A stretch of 64,000 nt of DNA from Paraphysomonas bandaiensis (GCA_965644295.1 CBFFRP010000109.1:83314-147313), one strand, 5' to 3'. Shown: positions 25,256-35,848, numbered from the stretch's first letter. Notes: generated from the sequence alone by a model not told the origin. Numbers and translations are program-made.

Positions 25256-26046
25256 CTTTATTGTAACATACTTGGACGTTTACTGAAACCTACATTTTGT
25301 TCTGGCGCAAGCTGATTGTATACTTCTGACTAGCTGTAGTTTTCGTTGTGGCATGTATGTGCAGTATACCAAAGTTATTGTATGTTATTAGTTAATAATT
25401 AGTAGTATATTAGGAATATATATTATTTTTCAGTGTCTGTCGAATTGTAGCTTTTTCTTGTTGCAGAGTCTAAATAAATATCCTTCAATTCTCATTGAAT
25501 TTGTAGCTTACGAAGTGTTGGCTTGAGCAATCTACGTTAAAAAGTGGTTGGGTATTGTTAAAATAAGTTGAGAAACTAACTAAGAAACTAACTCGCATAG
25601 ATTCTTTTGTCAATTTACATCTAATTTGATAGTTACTCCTCTGAAATATTTGGTAGAAGCATATACACCACTCATTCGAGTGTAAAACGTAATCACAGTG
25701 AAGAATTTTTACCTGATAAATATTATATATATCATATACGGTAAAAGGCGTAGGTTCGGTTGTGTAGTACTGATAGCTGCATCCATTAACTTGTATTTCA
25801 TCCTTTGCACTGCACGTTTTTCATATACTATGCAATGCTATTACGAAGCGGTCGAATAATGTTGTCGATAATGGCTTTGTAGACATATCAACTGACATCG
25901 TTTCGGTGAATATACGGACAGTCTTCACTAATAAGTAAACATTATGTAAACGTGAGAATTATACAATATTTTGGGAAAGACTTGGATAATATACAGTGTA
26001 AAAGTAAAAATGTTTTAAAAGTAATTCTGTTTGTACTTAGACTAGT

Positions 26047-26365
26047 ATTGAACAGAGAGGCATCCGGAAATGGGCCCACCTCAACGGCATCCGAGGTATT
26101 GGGCTGCCTGCTGAAGTGAAGCATCCGGGCTGTTTACTATTTACCTTAAGGACTCAAAGCCCTAAAGTCAGAAGATGTCAGGTATATATCAACATTCTGC
26201 GTGCTCACTGCGCTTGTTTGAGTGATAGAGCAAGAGTGGTTGCACCTTTGTGCTTGTGGTGATGCACAAAAGCAGCTTTCGTAGCGTTAAGCACAGGATA
26301 GTTAAATTGCAATGCTAAATTAGTTTAAACTCTTGTTTATTATTACTAACTATAAGACATTCACT
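26047..26365 (+). mobile_element. 5'-truncated retroposon copy C3
   Basis: Matches the 3' portion of C2 and ends AAGACATTCACT; candidate TSD ACTAGT at 26041-26046 / 26366-26371. Confidence 0.8.
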
Positions 26366-27902
26366 ACTAGTGCACTTACCAACTACAGAGTGTATCAACC
26401 CAATTATGCTTTTATCGGAAATCCGGTTCAGTGCATTTCGACTGTTATTAATAAAATCTTTAAGTGGAAATACCTATATCCTGGAACACAAACTGGGGGA
26501 CCATATGAATCTATTCAGAGATATATATGTCTTTTATTCTCTGTGTGCCGCTACTTACTAGAATTTCAATTACTTCAAAAAGTTGGTTCATCTCAATAAA
26601 ATAAAACCGATAGTCGTCCGCAGGATATAGCTGCTACAAAAAGGAGCTACCACATTCGGCGGACAGCGGCGACTATAATCAGGCTCAATAGTTTGGGAGT
26701 GTCAACGTAGTCTATGAGGATTTCGTAAAGTGCAAGGAAAAATTAGGCAATTGAAGTAGCGGTTCGGCGTCTGACAACAACGGGTTGGCTTTCTTTCAAC
26801 TATTATGGTCTTATAGACGTATTACTACGTAGAAGATTACTGTTTTGATGATGATGATGACCCTGGTCATACTCTACCAAAGGTGACGACCCTCTTACTC
26901 CTCTCAGCCCGTTGCATATGAGGAGGTGAGTTCCCGTAGTATATATTAGTGATTCAATTTACTCCTTCTTACTATTTTCGGACAGTTGCTCCCCGGTTAA
27001 TGGTTCTTTGAGGAGTAAGTTATTACATGTATACCACTCTTTCACTTATGTACCATGCTGGTAGTATTAATACCGGTCAGTGTAGTTGTTGTGCTTGGTG
27101 TAAGTTTTTAAATGTTTTTTACTTATATTGTCGCTGTATTACTTAGCTAATATTGTACATGTTTTATATTGATGAGGCTATTTCGATACTTACAGACGCA
27201 GTAATAACAATTTCGTTGTGCTGAGCACTGTCCTGAAATCATTCTTGGAATATTGTTATTTTTTTAATAAAATAACAATAAGAATAGTATTGTATAGCTA
27301 CTATAATATTATTACACAGTTTTAATAATATTAGATTAATGAAAACGATAAGTATAGGATAGGGTACAAAGGGGTCCAAAACGTGGGAAAAATTTTTTCC
27401 CACGTTTGTCTTAAGGTTGCTTGTGGACATATTAACATGTGGGTTGTGTCACTTTTGACTGATAGGAGCAGTGTGCTACTAGGTTTTGCGACTGTTGAAA
27501 CCCTTTTTCTCCACCATTGACAATTATGGAGGATGAGCTACTATCATGAGATTGCTTTGGTAGATACACCCCTCAAAAAGGCCTTATATATTGCGTAATT
27601 GTGTAGTACATAGCAATTATCTATATTGGAAGTCATTGACCATTGTGGGAGCGAAGTTTGAAGCAACAATATCTCATCTTGTACTGTGCCTGCGGACAAG
27701 CACGTCAAGACAGTAGATTTGTTACAGAAAGCTTAGCATTCACATAGGACAGAGACAACCACCAGTAGCTAGTCTGATAGTAAGATACAATTGTCTTAGC
27801 ATATCGAGCAAATTAGTTAATTGGCAAAATACTGAATACTGTGCGGACGGAACAGCAAGGGGAGAGTACAGTTTTTGTAAACTAGAGAAGCTATAGGCAG
27901 TT

Positions 27903-29552
27903 ATGGATGTTAATCAAGACGAAGCCACAGACCTGCAGCGTCTAATGCAGGGATTCGTAGAGCAAATTACGGGCGCAGTAAATACTCTAACTGAGACAGT
28001 AGCTGGGGTGAAAGATGACGTAGCTGGGCTCAAGCACGACGTAGCTGAGGTCAGCGATGAGCTCAAGGAATTGAGAGTAAGAGTAGCTGTCCTGGAAGGG
28101 ACTTATTCATTTCCGGAACCATCTCCTCCTAGAAATTCACCAGCACCTGCCAGTGAACTTAGCCAGGAAGAAGCCGTAGAAGAGGCAAAGTCGAAACAAG
28201 GACCTGCTGAGAAGCAGAAGAAGGGCAGACCTTCCGTGTTACATGAGATTGCTCAAGCGTCTAGAAGGCAGTCTATCGACGCAATTATTCCAACGCGAAC
28301 TTCAACCAACGATGAATCAGATCCATTCGATGTAAAGTCAGTCAAAGGTTCTATATTCAGAGAGATTGCCAGCAGCGAGAGACAGGTAGCCTCGAGTGGA
28401 GAAGTGGTGATGCGACAGGCTAAAGAGTGCAATGTCAGAATAGATAGTTTCCAGTTATCGAAGGTGACGAAAGCTATCAAAGCAATCATGAATTTTCAGG
28501 AGGAAGAGAACACGAAGGTCAGAGTTCAGAAAATTCTCTCTCAAGCATGCAAGGAGCACCTGCGTTCCAAATACCAGTTGACGCAGGGACAACTGGGATC
28601 GCTTGGTATTACAGATCTTATTAGAGTGATAGCCAACGAGACCAAAGTGTTTTCTAGACCAGCGTTTTACAAGGAATTAGAGGAAGCCCTGCGACATTCC
28701 AGAGTCATGGGATGGGCTGTTGTGTCTCCCGTGAACCACGAGACATTCTACCATCAACAGCTAAAATTGATATCGGAGTTCGGAAGAATGCTTAACATTA
28801 TGTTGGAGGGCAACAAGGACTGGTGCCCGAGAATTGATGACAAGCCAGGAGGACTTATTCGGCTTTTCAAAACGTGTAATGATGCAGAGTACTTCGAACA
28901 TGTATGGAGTTGCATGACAGAAACTAAGTTTAAGAACATGCAGGAATTCTTTGATCAGTACACCGAAATTATTTCTGATGAGTATCAGTTGAGTGTAGCT
29001 GTTAAGGAAATCCCCTACAAATGTTTAACCGAGCACAAGGAGAGGTTGAGAGTCTACAGAGAAAAAAAAGCGAATGAGAAGAAGATATTTTCAAAACCAC
29101 GCGTCTTGAAACCTCTGAATGCCATCGAGGAAGGAGCGTATGAAATTCCAGACAGTGATGCGGAGCAATCACCAGTTGAAGAAGATGACTGGAGGAATTA
29201 TTTACCAGAACCAGCAGCACCTACCGTGGCAATTTCTGCAGATTTAAAACCAGATGCTTCTTTGAGTATTGATCTAAATGAGTCAGATGAGGAGGAAGAT
29301 GAGATTCCTGAACATCTACATGCGGTGGGACCACCTAACAACTCGGACAAGAAGTATGGATGCTTACAGAAGATACTCACGGGAACTTGCAAGAGAGACA
29401 ACTGCAAGTATTTGCACCATGGTCCAGAATTGGTTAAAGCAGCCAAGGAAATGAAATTAAAGATTGATAAATTTGTTCAAGGCACCTCGGACTCAGGTGC
29501 TGCGTCCCAAACTTCCATCATGCGAAGAGAACCCTCGGGTACTCGAGCTTGA
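27903..29552 (+). CDS. Gag-like ORF, 549 aa (N-terminal coiled coil, C-terminal CCCH finger)
   Basis: Long intron-less ORF directly upstream of and in frame with pol; C-x8-C-x4-C-x3-H at 29361-29417. Confidence 0.85.
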   Translation: MDVNQDEATDLQRLMQGFVEQITGAVNTLTETVAGVKDDVAGLKHDVAEVSDELKELRVRVAVLEGTYSFPEPSPPRNSPAPASELSQEEAVEEAKSKQGPAEKQKKGRPSVLHEIAQASRRQSIDAIIPTRTSTNDESDPFDVKSVKGSIFREIASSERQVASSGEVVMRQAKECNVRIDSFQLSKVTKAIKAIMNFQEEENTKVRVQKILSQACKEHLRSKYQLTQGQLGSLGITDLIRVIANETKVFSRPAFYKELEEALRHSRVMGWAVVSPVNHETFYHQQLKLISEFGRMLNIMLEGNKDWCPRIDDKPGGLIRLFKTCNDAEYFEHVWSCMTETKFKNMQEFFDQYTEIISDEYQLSVAVKEIPYKCLTEHKERLRVYREKKANEKKIFSKPRVLKPLNAIEEGAYEIPDSDAEQSPVEEDDWRNYLPEPAAPTVAISADLKPDASLSIDLNESDEEEDEIPEHLHAVGPPNNSDKKYGCLQKILTGTCKRDNCKYLHHGPELVKAAKEMKLKIDKFVQGTSDSGAASQTSIMRREPSGTRA

Positions 29553-32500
29553 CTAGGAAGTAGAGACACTGAATATGTACATAGTAGGCAAAAAGTCGAG
29601 CATGAAGAATCTTGCGAGAGTGAAGATGATAAGAGGAGAACGCTTTCACAGGATTTTGATTTACGTAGACTGAAGCAAGAAGACAATAGGTCTTCGGTTT
29701 TATACGCCAGTTATCCAGATAAGAAAATTCTGTCCAGTAGTCACACGGTAGGAAGAGTAGTGCTAAACAGAAAAATGGACATTGAAGAATTAGTATATAT
29801 ATTATGTGATACGGGAGCCTTGTCAGCAAATTATGTTAGTGCTGATTTAATCAAAAGAATACGAAGTAGATTAGATGACAAAGATATTATGAAGACCAAG
29901 TGCAGAGTCATATTGGCGGACAGTCGAACAGTGAAACCTTTGAAGGAGGCAGTGAAGTTAAATTTGAAAGTTGAAGACAAGAGAGCCAGGACCCATACTT
30001 ACACTGGTGAATTTTTCGTCTTAGACATGAAGAGTCAGGATATTATATTAGGTTTACCTGCTCTCACAGGAAAATTATACCCATTCATGGATCAGATGCT
30101 CAGAGAAGCCAATCAGGAGCTAAAGGATAGTGGTGGTTATGAAGTGGAGCTGAACCAGATAGATGAGATGCAAAATACGAATGATCTTGAACAGAGAAGA
30201 TTAAATTCTGTCACAAAAGGTAGTTTGGTTAAACCATGGTTAAAATCGAATGATGATGAAGCACCTGAAGAAGCTGAAGTAGAATTGCCGGTGAACTTTG
30301 GAGATGCGTTAACGTTTTTGGGAAAGCCACGGCAAGAAGCCGTGCAGGATTATCACGACCTTATTGACAAACATGTCAGTGAGGAACTTAGGACAAACAC
30401 GGATATAGTAGCGTTATTAAAAGGTAAAGCGGAGAAAGTTTTTGTTCCAGAGGAATGGAGCGGTATAAAAGGAATAGAGCCGTTACGTTTAAAATGGAAA
30501 GAGAGTTTACCGGAACGTATGAAGCCGAAGGCGAGACCTATCAACCCGAAACTTTGGGAAGCGTCGGAGAAGGAATTTCATAGACTATGTGGTTGTTTCT
30601 ATGGTAAAAGTAGATCGCCATGGGCATCATGTTTAGTAGTTGCACCAAAGGCTACGCCACCCTACATAAGATTCTGTGGGGACTACGTCCAGATAAACAA
30701 GCATATGGAAGTTGGCAACCACACAATCCCAAATGTGCGACATGAAATTCAAAAGATTACAAATTTCCCGTTATACATGGATATTGATTTAACAAATGCG
30801 TTCCATCAAGTAGCATTGCATGAAGAAACATCGGAGAGATTATCTATTCAAACACCATGGGGACAGTTCGCTCCGAAGTTTATGCCCGAAGGCATCGCAC
30901 CTGCCACTGGAATTCTTCAAGAAGTTGTAAGAGATTTGTTTTCAGACTTCAGCGACTGGGCCATCGTAATTTTTGATAATATGTTAATCTTAGCGGAGGA
31001 TGCCACAGACGCTTATAAGAAGTTCGAAATGATAATTGACCGGTGTATTGAACGTAATGTAAAACTCAAAATGCCTAAGAGTTGGCTGGGATTCCGGGAA
31101 GTGAATTTCTTTGGCTACGTGTGCAGACACAAATCGTATGAGGTCAGTCCTGATAAGAAGGAAGCTTTGGCTAACATTCCAATGCCTACGAGTACTAAGA
31201 CGGCCAGAAGCTTACTAGGAAAAGGAGTTTTCTTCTCAGGGTTCACACCTAGATATTCTGACTTGGTAGGTCATCTTCCGGACATGACCAAGAAAACTTT
31301 TAACTGGGATAAATCTACATGGAAGCATGATTACGAAGAGGAGTATAGAAGATTCATAAAGGGTCTACAAGATGCCTGTGAGTTATTTTATCCCGACTAT
31401 TCGTTAGAATGGATCCTAAGAACTGATGCTAGCGAGCTAGGAGTAGGAGCAGTATTATTACAGAAGAAAATTTTAGAGGATGGTACTGTTCAGTTACAAC
31501 CAATAGCATTTATATCGAAAAAATTCTCAACGCAAGCACAACGATGGGCTACGATAGAGCAGGAAGGCTACGGTATCTATTATGCTGTCAGAAACCTCGC
31601 ATATTATTTAGTGGGCAAGGAGTTTATTATTGAGACCGATCATAACAATTTAGTGTGGATGGAGGCATCTGAAGTACCGAAAATTGTGAGATGGCGTATA
31701 TACCTGCAATCGTTTAACTTTATGATTCGGCACATTCCAGGTTCTCAAAATTGGTTAGCAGATTGGCTCTCCAGAGCACATAAGTTGCAACATTTGGCTG
31801 GTATATTTCCTGATATGGACATTGAGGAATACATTGATGAAACTATGTTGGGCAACTTAGACATCTATCTTAACAATTTTATGGATCCGGATGACAAGGA
31901 AGAAGAGTTGGAACCGTTGTATTTATCCAAAGAGGAATGTTTTCAAGCAGTTCATAATGCCAGACAAGGTCACAAAGGAGCTTATGCCACGTGGGTAAAA
32001 TTGAATAAGAAATGCCCGGGACACAGGATATCTTTTGAAGAAGTCACCGAGATGATCAATAAATGTCCCAACTGTGCTAAGACACGACTCGGAATGCAAG
32101 AAGCTTTGATAGCTATACCTCGCAGTTTAAAACCACCTTCAGCTCGTAGTGCCATCGGTATCGATGCAGTGGAAATTACACCCCACGGTAAAGAAGGCTA
32201 CACGCATATTAACGTGGTGGTAAATCTGTTTACAAAACATGTCTTCCTCGAACCAGTGAAGGGAGTCACTGCCATAAATCTTGCTAATACTGTATGGAAG
32301 TATTGGAGTCAATTTGGTCATACTGATGTGATCATATCGGATCAAGGACCTGATCTAAAATCCCAATTATTTGATCAACTTTGCTCATATATCGGTGTCA
32401 AACACACATTCAGCATAGCGGATAGACATGCCAACGGATGCGAGAGGATCATAGGAGAGGTAGTGCGGCATTTAAGAGCATTAGTATTCGATTACAGCGA

Positions 32501-33554
32501 GAAAGAAGAGAAGCGAGATGTATTTGAAGACCCCAGCTGGATTCCTACAGTGGCACATGTATTGAATTCTGAAGTATCATCTGAAACGGGGTATTCGCCT
32601 TTTGAGTTAACATTTGGTTCTGAGAGTGAGAGGTATAACAATATGGGAAGGGATGAAGTACCAGAGAAAGCCCATGCTAGACTACATAAACTCAATGATA
32701 ATCTAGCTCTGTTGCAACGCAGTTCGAGAGAATATCAAGATAAGTTGAAGGCCAAACGTTTCAGTAAAGGCATATCTCCTCAGCGACAGAATCAGTATCA
32801 GCCGGGCGACTTTGTTTTATTTGACAAAGGGGCCAAGGTTTACCCTAAAATGTCTCATAGATACCTAGGACCATTTCAGGTTATATCGCAATATAAGAAT
32901 GATATTGACTGCAAACATTTGGTGACCGGAGTTGTAACAAAAGTAGATGTACGGGATGTAAAATTATATCCCGGAGACAGGGAACAAGCCTATAAAATGG
33001 CTATGCGAGATCATGATCAGCATGAGATCGACACTATTTTATATTACACTGGAGACAGAGAACGGCGTTCAACAATGTTGTTTACAGTACGTTTCAAGGA
33101 TGGAGATATCAGAGAGCTACCTTACAGCCAGGATTTATTTGATTCCATAGCCTATGAGGAATTCTGTAGCAGCAAGCCTTATCTACATCATCTTATTTAT
33201 ACCACGGATGGGGCCGCCAAATATATCAGTGAGAAGAGGAAGCAGTCAATAACTACGGTTCAACCGGGTGACGAGGTGTATGTAGATATCAGAGTATTCG
33301 GAGATGACTGGTATGATGCCCTACAACTACCAGATTCGCCCACTGTTACATATGTGATGCAATTTATGCTCACTCACTGGTATCATAAAACCAGCAAGAA
33401 GCTAATTTCTGTCAAGAATCCCATGACCAAAGCCACATACAGATTTGATAACTACCATGTGAAATGTTTTGTACATCGCGACTTCGATCCGACAACTATG
33501 GTACTGATAGATTCCGACTTTGCGCTACGTTTTCCCCAAGTCCATCAACATTAA
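29553..33554 (+). CDS. Pol (protease, RT, RNase H, integrase, chromodomain-like); probably made as a Gag-Pol readthrough fusion
   Basis: LCDTGA; SPWAS, RFCGDY, DIDLTNAFHQ, MPEG, IFDN, FFGY; TDASELGVGAVL, IETDHNNL, ADWLSR; H..H..CPNC, ISDQG, NGCER, YLGPF; frame is open from 29553 to the listed start 29760. Confidence 0.95.
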   Translation, partial: LGSRDTEYVHSRQKVEHEESCESEDDKRRTLSQDFDLRRLKQEDNRSSVLYASYPDKKILSSSHTVGRVVLNRKMDIEELVYILCDTGALSANYVSADLIKRIRSRLDDKDIMKTKCRVILADSRTVKPLKEAVKLNLKVEDKRARTHTYTGEFFVLDMKSQDIILGLPALTGKLYPFMDQMLREANQELKDSGGYEVELNQIDEMQNTNDLEQRRLNSVTKGSLVKPWLKSNDDEAPEEAEVELPVNFGDALTFLGKPRQEAVQDYHDLIDKHVSEELRTNTDIVALLKGKAEKVFVPEEWSGIKGIEPLRLKWKESLPERMKPKARPINPKLWEASEKEFHRLCGCFYGKSRSPWASCLVVAPKATPPYIRFCGDYVQINKHMEVGNHTIPNVRHEIQKITNFPLYMDIDLTNAFHQVALHEETSERLSIQTPWGQFAPKFMPEGIAPATGILQEVVRDLFSDFSDWAIVIFDNMLILAEDATDAYKKFEMIIDRCIERNVKLKMPKSWLGFREVNFFGYVCRHKSYEVSPDKKEALANIPMPTSTKTARSLLGKGVFFSGFTPRYSDLVGHLPDMTKKTFNWDKSTWKHDYEEEYRRFIKGLQDACELFYPDYSLEWILRTDASELGVGAVLLQKKILEDGTVQLQPIAFISKKFSTQAQRWATIEQEGYGIYYAVRNLAYYLVGKEFIIETDHNNLVWMEASEVPKIVRWRIYLQSFNFMIRHIPGSQNWLADWLSRAHKLQHLAGIFPDMDIEEYIDETMLGNLDIYLNNFMDPDDKEEELEPLYLSKEECFQAVHNARQGHKGAYATWVKLNKKCPGHRISFEEVTEMINKCPNCAKTRLGMQEALIAIPRSLKPPSARSAIGIDAVEITPHGKEGYTHINVVVNLFTKHVFLEPVKGVTAINLANTVWKYWSQFGHTDVIISDQGPDLKSQLFDQLCSYIGVKHTFSIADRHANGCERIIGEVVRHLRALVFDYSEKEEKRDVFEDPSWIPTVAHVLNSEVSSETGYSPFELTFGSESERYNNMGRDEVPEKAHARLHKLNDNLALLQRSSREYQDKLKAKRFSKGISPQRQNQYQPGDFVLFDKGAKVYPKMSHRYLGPFQVISQYKNDIDCKHLVTGVVTKVDVRDVKLYPGDREQAYKMAMRDHDQHEIDTILYYTGDRERRSTMLFTVRFKDGDIRELPYSQDLFDSIAYEEFCSSKPYLHHLIYTTDGAAKYISEKRKQSITTVQPGDEVYVDIRVFGDDWYDALQLPDSPTVTYVMQFMLTHWYHKTSKKLISVKNPMTKATYRFDNYHVKCFVHRDFDPTTMVLIDSDFALRFPQVHQH

Positions 33555-33631
33555 TTTTGACTTAGTTTTATACTGAGTTATATATTATTATCGAAAAAAA
33601 AAAAAAAAAAAAAAGAGAGGGAAAAAGGTAG

Positions 33632-34759
33632 TGTAACCCTGGGGGTTTATATAGTAGCAAGTGTAGTAGTGAAATAGGGTATTCAACGACAAGAAGAGAG
33701 TCAACAACAGAAGAAGGACAGCAAACAGTACAAGATAATTATTTACGAAGGAAGTGCAAACATCTAGCCACGAGTCACGGAATTACAACAAGCCATTCAC
33801 ACTGAAGTGCATACTTGCGGCTACTCTAGGCAGTTATTAATATCACAACACTCAAAACACGTTACCCAGTATCTCTACTACTTGCAATACATGTGAAGCC
33901 AGCCGACTGCACCTGTTGTTTTACGACGTAGAAGCAATAAGGGCAATGGAGAGAGACTTAGGTAGCATCAACGTGATGTACACACAATTCTCTCTGCATC
34001 ATCCTCAGAACAGCATAAGAAGGGATCTTCAGATGTTGCTAGTACATCCTGAACATAAATGTCTCAAGTTAAGTGCAGAACTATGGATGTACACAGCCCA
34101 ATACCTCTGTGAGCTGCATTTTCATGATGGTGCTCTGGATGTGGAGATGAGCAGGAGTTAGGACCATTCAAGAGCATACTATAGACGCTATGCATGGTGA
34201 TGCTGCTAAGCAGGCATAGTGGGTGGCTATTATGGCAAGCGTGTGGCTTAAAGAGGAATATATGGAGAGAGTAAAGATGCAATAAGTTTTATATGAGTTT
34301 AGGGAGTATGATAAGAGCAGTAGACTATCAGCGAATACGGTATCACGTTACTCATTTTAGTTAGCTGTTTTTCAGTTTTATCACTATGGTTTTATTTCAG
34401 TTTTATGCGCAGTTATTCAGTTTCATACGCTGTTATTCAGTTTTGTTTTATTGTCATAATACGTGTGGTATACACGGTGTATGCAAGAATGCATGCGGTG
34501 TGGTGTGTGTGATATAAAATGAACTTGGTTCATTCTGTAGATGCGTACCATTCTATATGTTATTCCTTGCATGTCATTGTTTTAAGTTACTTGACACTGT
34601 CTTAACAGCGATCTTTATTCTTAGAGGGAATACTGCGCGGCGTTATCTAGCGGATATCGTTGACCGTGTTGGGTGATTTAACAGTAATAATAAGTGTTTA
34701 CTCACACCTTATTGTACATTTTGTTGGGAGCAAACCCGCAAGTCTGGTTTGTGCATACA
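33632..34759 (+). repeat. Putative unpaired 3' LTR of the gypsy element (~1128 bp)
   Basis: Starts TGTA 3 nt after the PPT and ends TACA exactly where the retroposon body resumes; no second copy in the window. Confidence 0.6.
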
Positions 34760-35243
34760 ACAAAGTCGGACTCGCACCTTTTCGTGGTGTTCTGGGGGAT
34801 AAGTACCAGAGAGATTCTCATATATATATATAAACATATAGTCAGCAGATATTCTTCTGCCCACTCATAGCCGAATGCTTGTGTGGTACAAGGGACACCA
34901 ATAAGTGTTACATGTGTAGACGTCTTTGGTCCCTGACGAATAAACAGGCATCCGGGAATGTGCCCACCTCAAGGGCATCCGGGACAGGGCCCACCTGAAG
35001 GGTAACCGGGGTATTGGGCTGCCTGCTGAAATCAAGCATCCGGTATGTTCACCTTAAGAACTCAGAGCGGAAGTGGTCGCACCTTGGTGCTTGCGGCGAC
35101 GCACAAGCAGCTTCAGTAGGATTACAGAAGTGTATACAGATTAGTCACAGGTAGAGGTCTAACTAGTTTGTCTAGCATTCATCTAGCTACTATAAGTTGG
35201 TGCAGGTTTTTAACGCCTATTGCTAATAATAAGACTTTCAATA
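34760..35243 (+). mobile_element. Retroposon copy C4 body (its first 6 nt CCCTCA lie at 27570-27575)
   Basis: Near-identical to the reverse complement of 52141-52642; TSD TGGTAGATACAC 27558-27569 vs TGGTAGCTACAC 35244-35255. Confidence 0.88.
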
Positions 35244-35255
35244 TGGTAGCTACAC

Positions 35256-35848
35256 CGCCCACCACACATAGGAACCCCTCCACTCATACACTTAGGACCA
35301 CAGCACCGGACCGCATGACATCATCAGCAGGCCCTAGACAGCGACGCCGTCTCTGGCAACTACACCTATGCGCGACGCTCAAACGGTGCACGGTGACAAA
35401 GCCACAAACCACCACACCACCCACCTCACAACACGCACATCTAGTGCTCGGTAGACCTTAATGCATAACCCTGTGCATCAGAGCCTGGTGGAACCTTATC
35501 CCAAGGGGAGACCTCCGGACAACACGCGCCAGTGAGTCCTAAGATTCACGAGCAGGGCGAAAATCACAAACAACATCAAGAACGGAAGTGGTCGCACCTT
35601 GGTGCTTGCGGCGACGCACAAGCAGCTTCTGTAGCGCTAAATAGTAGGATAATAGAATTTGTGCTGATTAGTTATGGGTAGAGGTCTAACTAGTATGTCT
35701 AGCATTCAACTAGCCACTATATTGGCACGAGTTTTTAACGCCTATTGCTAAATAAAAAGACTTTCAATATTAGTTTGTCTAGCATTCATCTAGCTACTAA
35801 GTTGGCGCAGGTTTTTAACGCCTATTGCTAATAATAAGACTTTCAATA
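35256..35848 (+). mobile_element. Chimeric retroposon copy C5: ~330 bp unique C/A-rich sequence plus the family 3' half with a duplicated terminal ~78 bp
   Basis: Flanked by TGGTAGCTACAC at 35244-35255 and 35849-35860; family homology from ~35583. Confidence 0.8.

Larger units (their letters stand above)
27580..34759 (+). mobile_element. Ty3/gypsy-type retrotransposon with a chromodomain-like integrase tail; 5' LTR absent
   Basis: gag + pol (PR-RT-RH-IN order); purine tract 33593-33628 followed by TGTA(33632)...TACA(34759); boundaries inferred from the split retroposon copy C4. Confidence 0.85.

Noticed and set aside
26609-26676. Possible stem ATAGTCGTCCGC...GCGGCGACTAT as a structured ncRNA
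   Set aside because: Single imperfect stem with no family motif or second copy
27558-27569. TGGTAGATACAC as the gypsy PBS
   Set aside because: Not preceded by an LTR ending in CA; better explained as the retroposon TSD because CCCTCA follows
33916-34161. 81-aa ORF after pol as env or an accessory gene
   Set aside because: Short, non-ATG start, no TM segment or motif, and lies within the putative LTR
34930-34950. CTGACGA in the retroposon as a hammerhead ribozyme core
   Set aside because: No stem II followed by GAAA (the sequence is CTGACGAATAAAC) and no convincing stems I/III
35244-35255. TGGTAGC after the repeat as a PBS, making the repeat an LTR
   Set aside because: Other copies are followed by different sequences that are duplicated at their 5' side, so this 12-mer behaves as a TSD; TSD lengths vary from 6 to 14 bp
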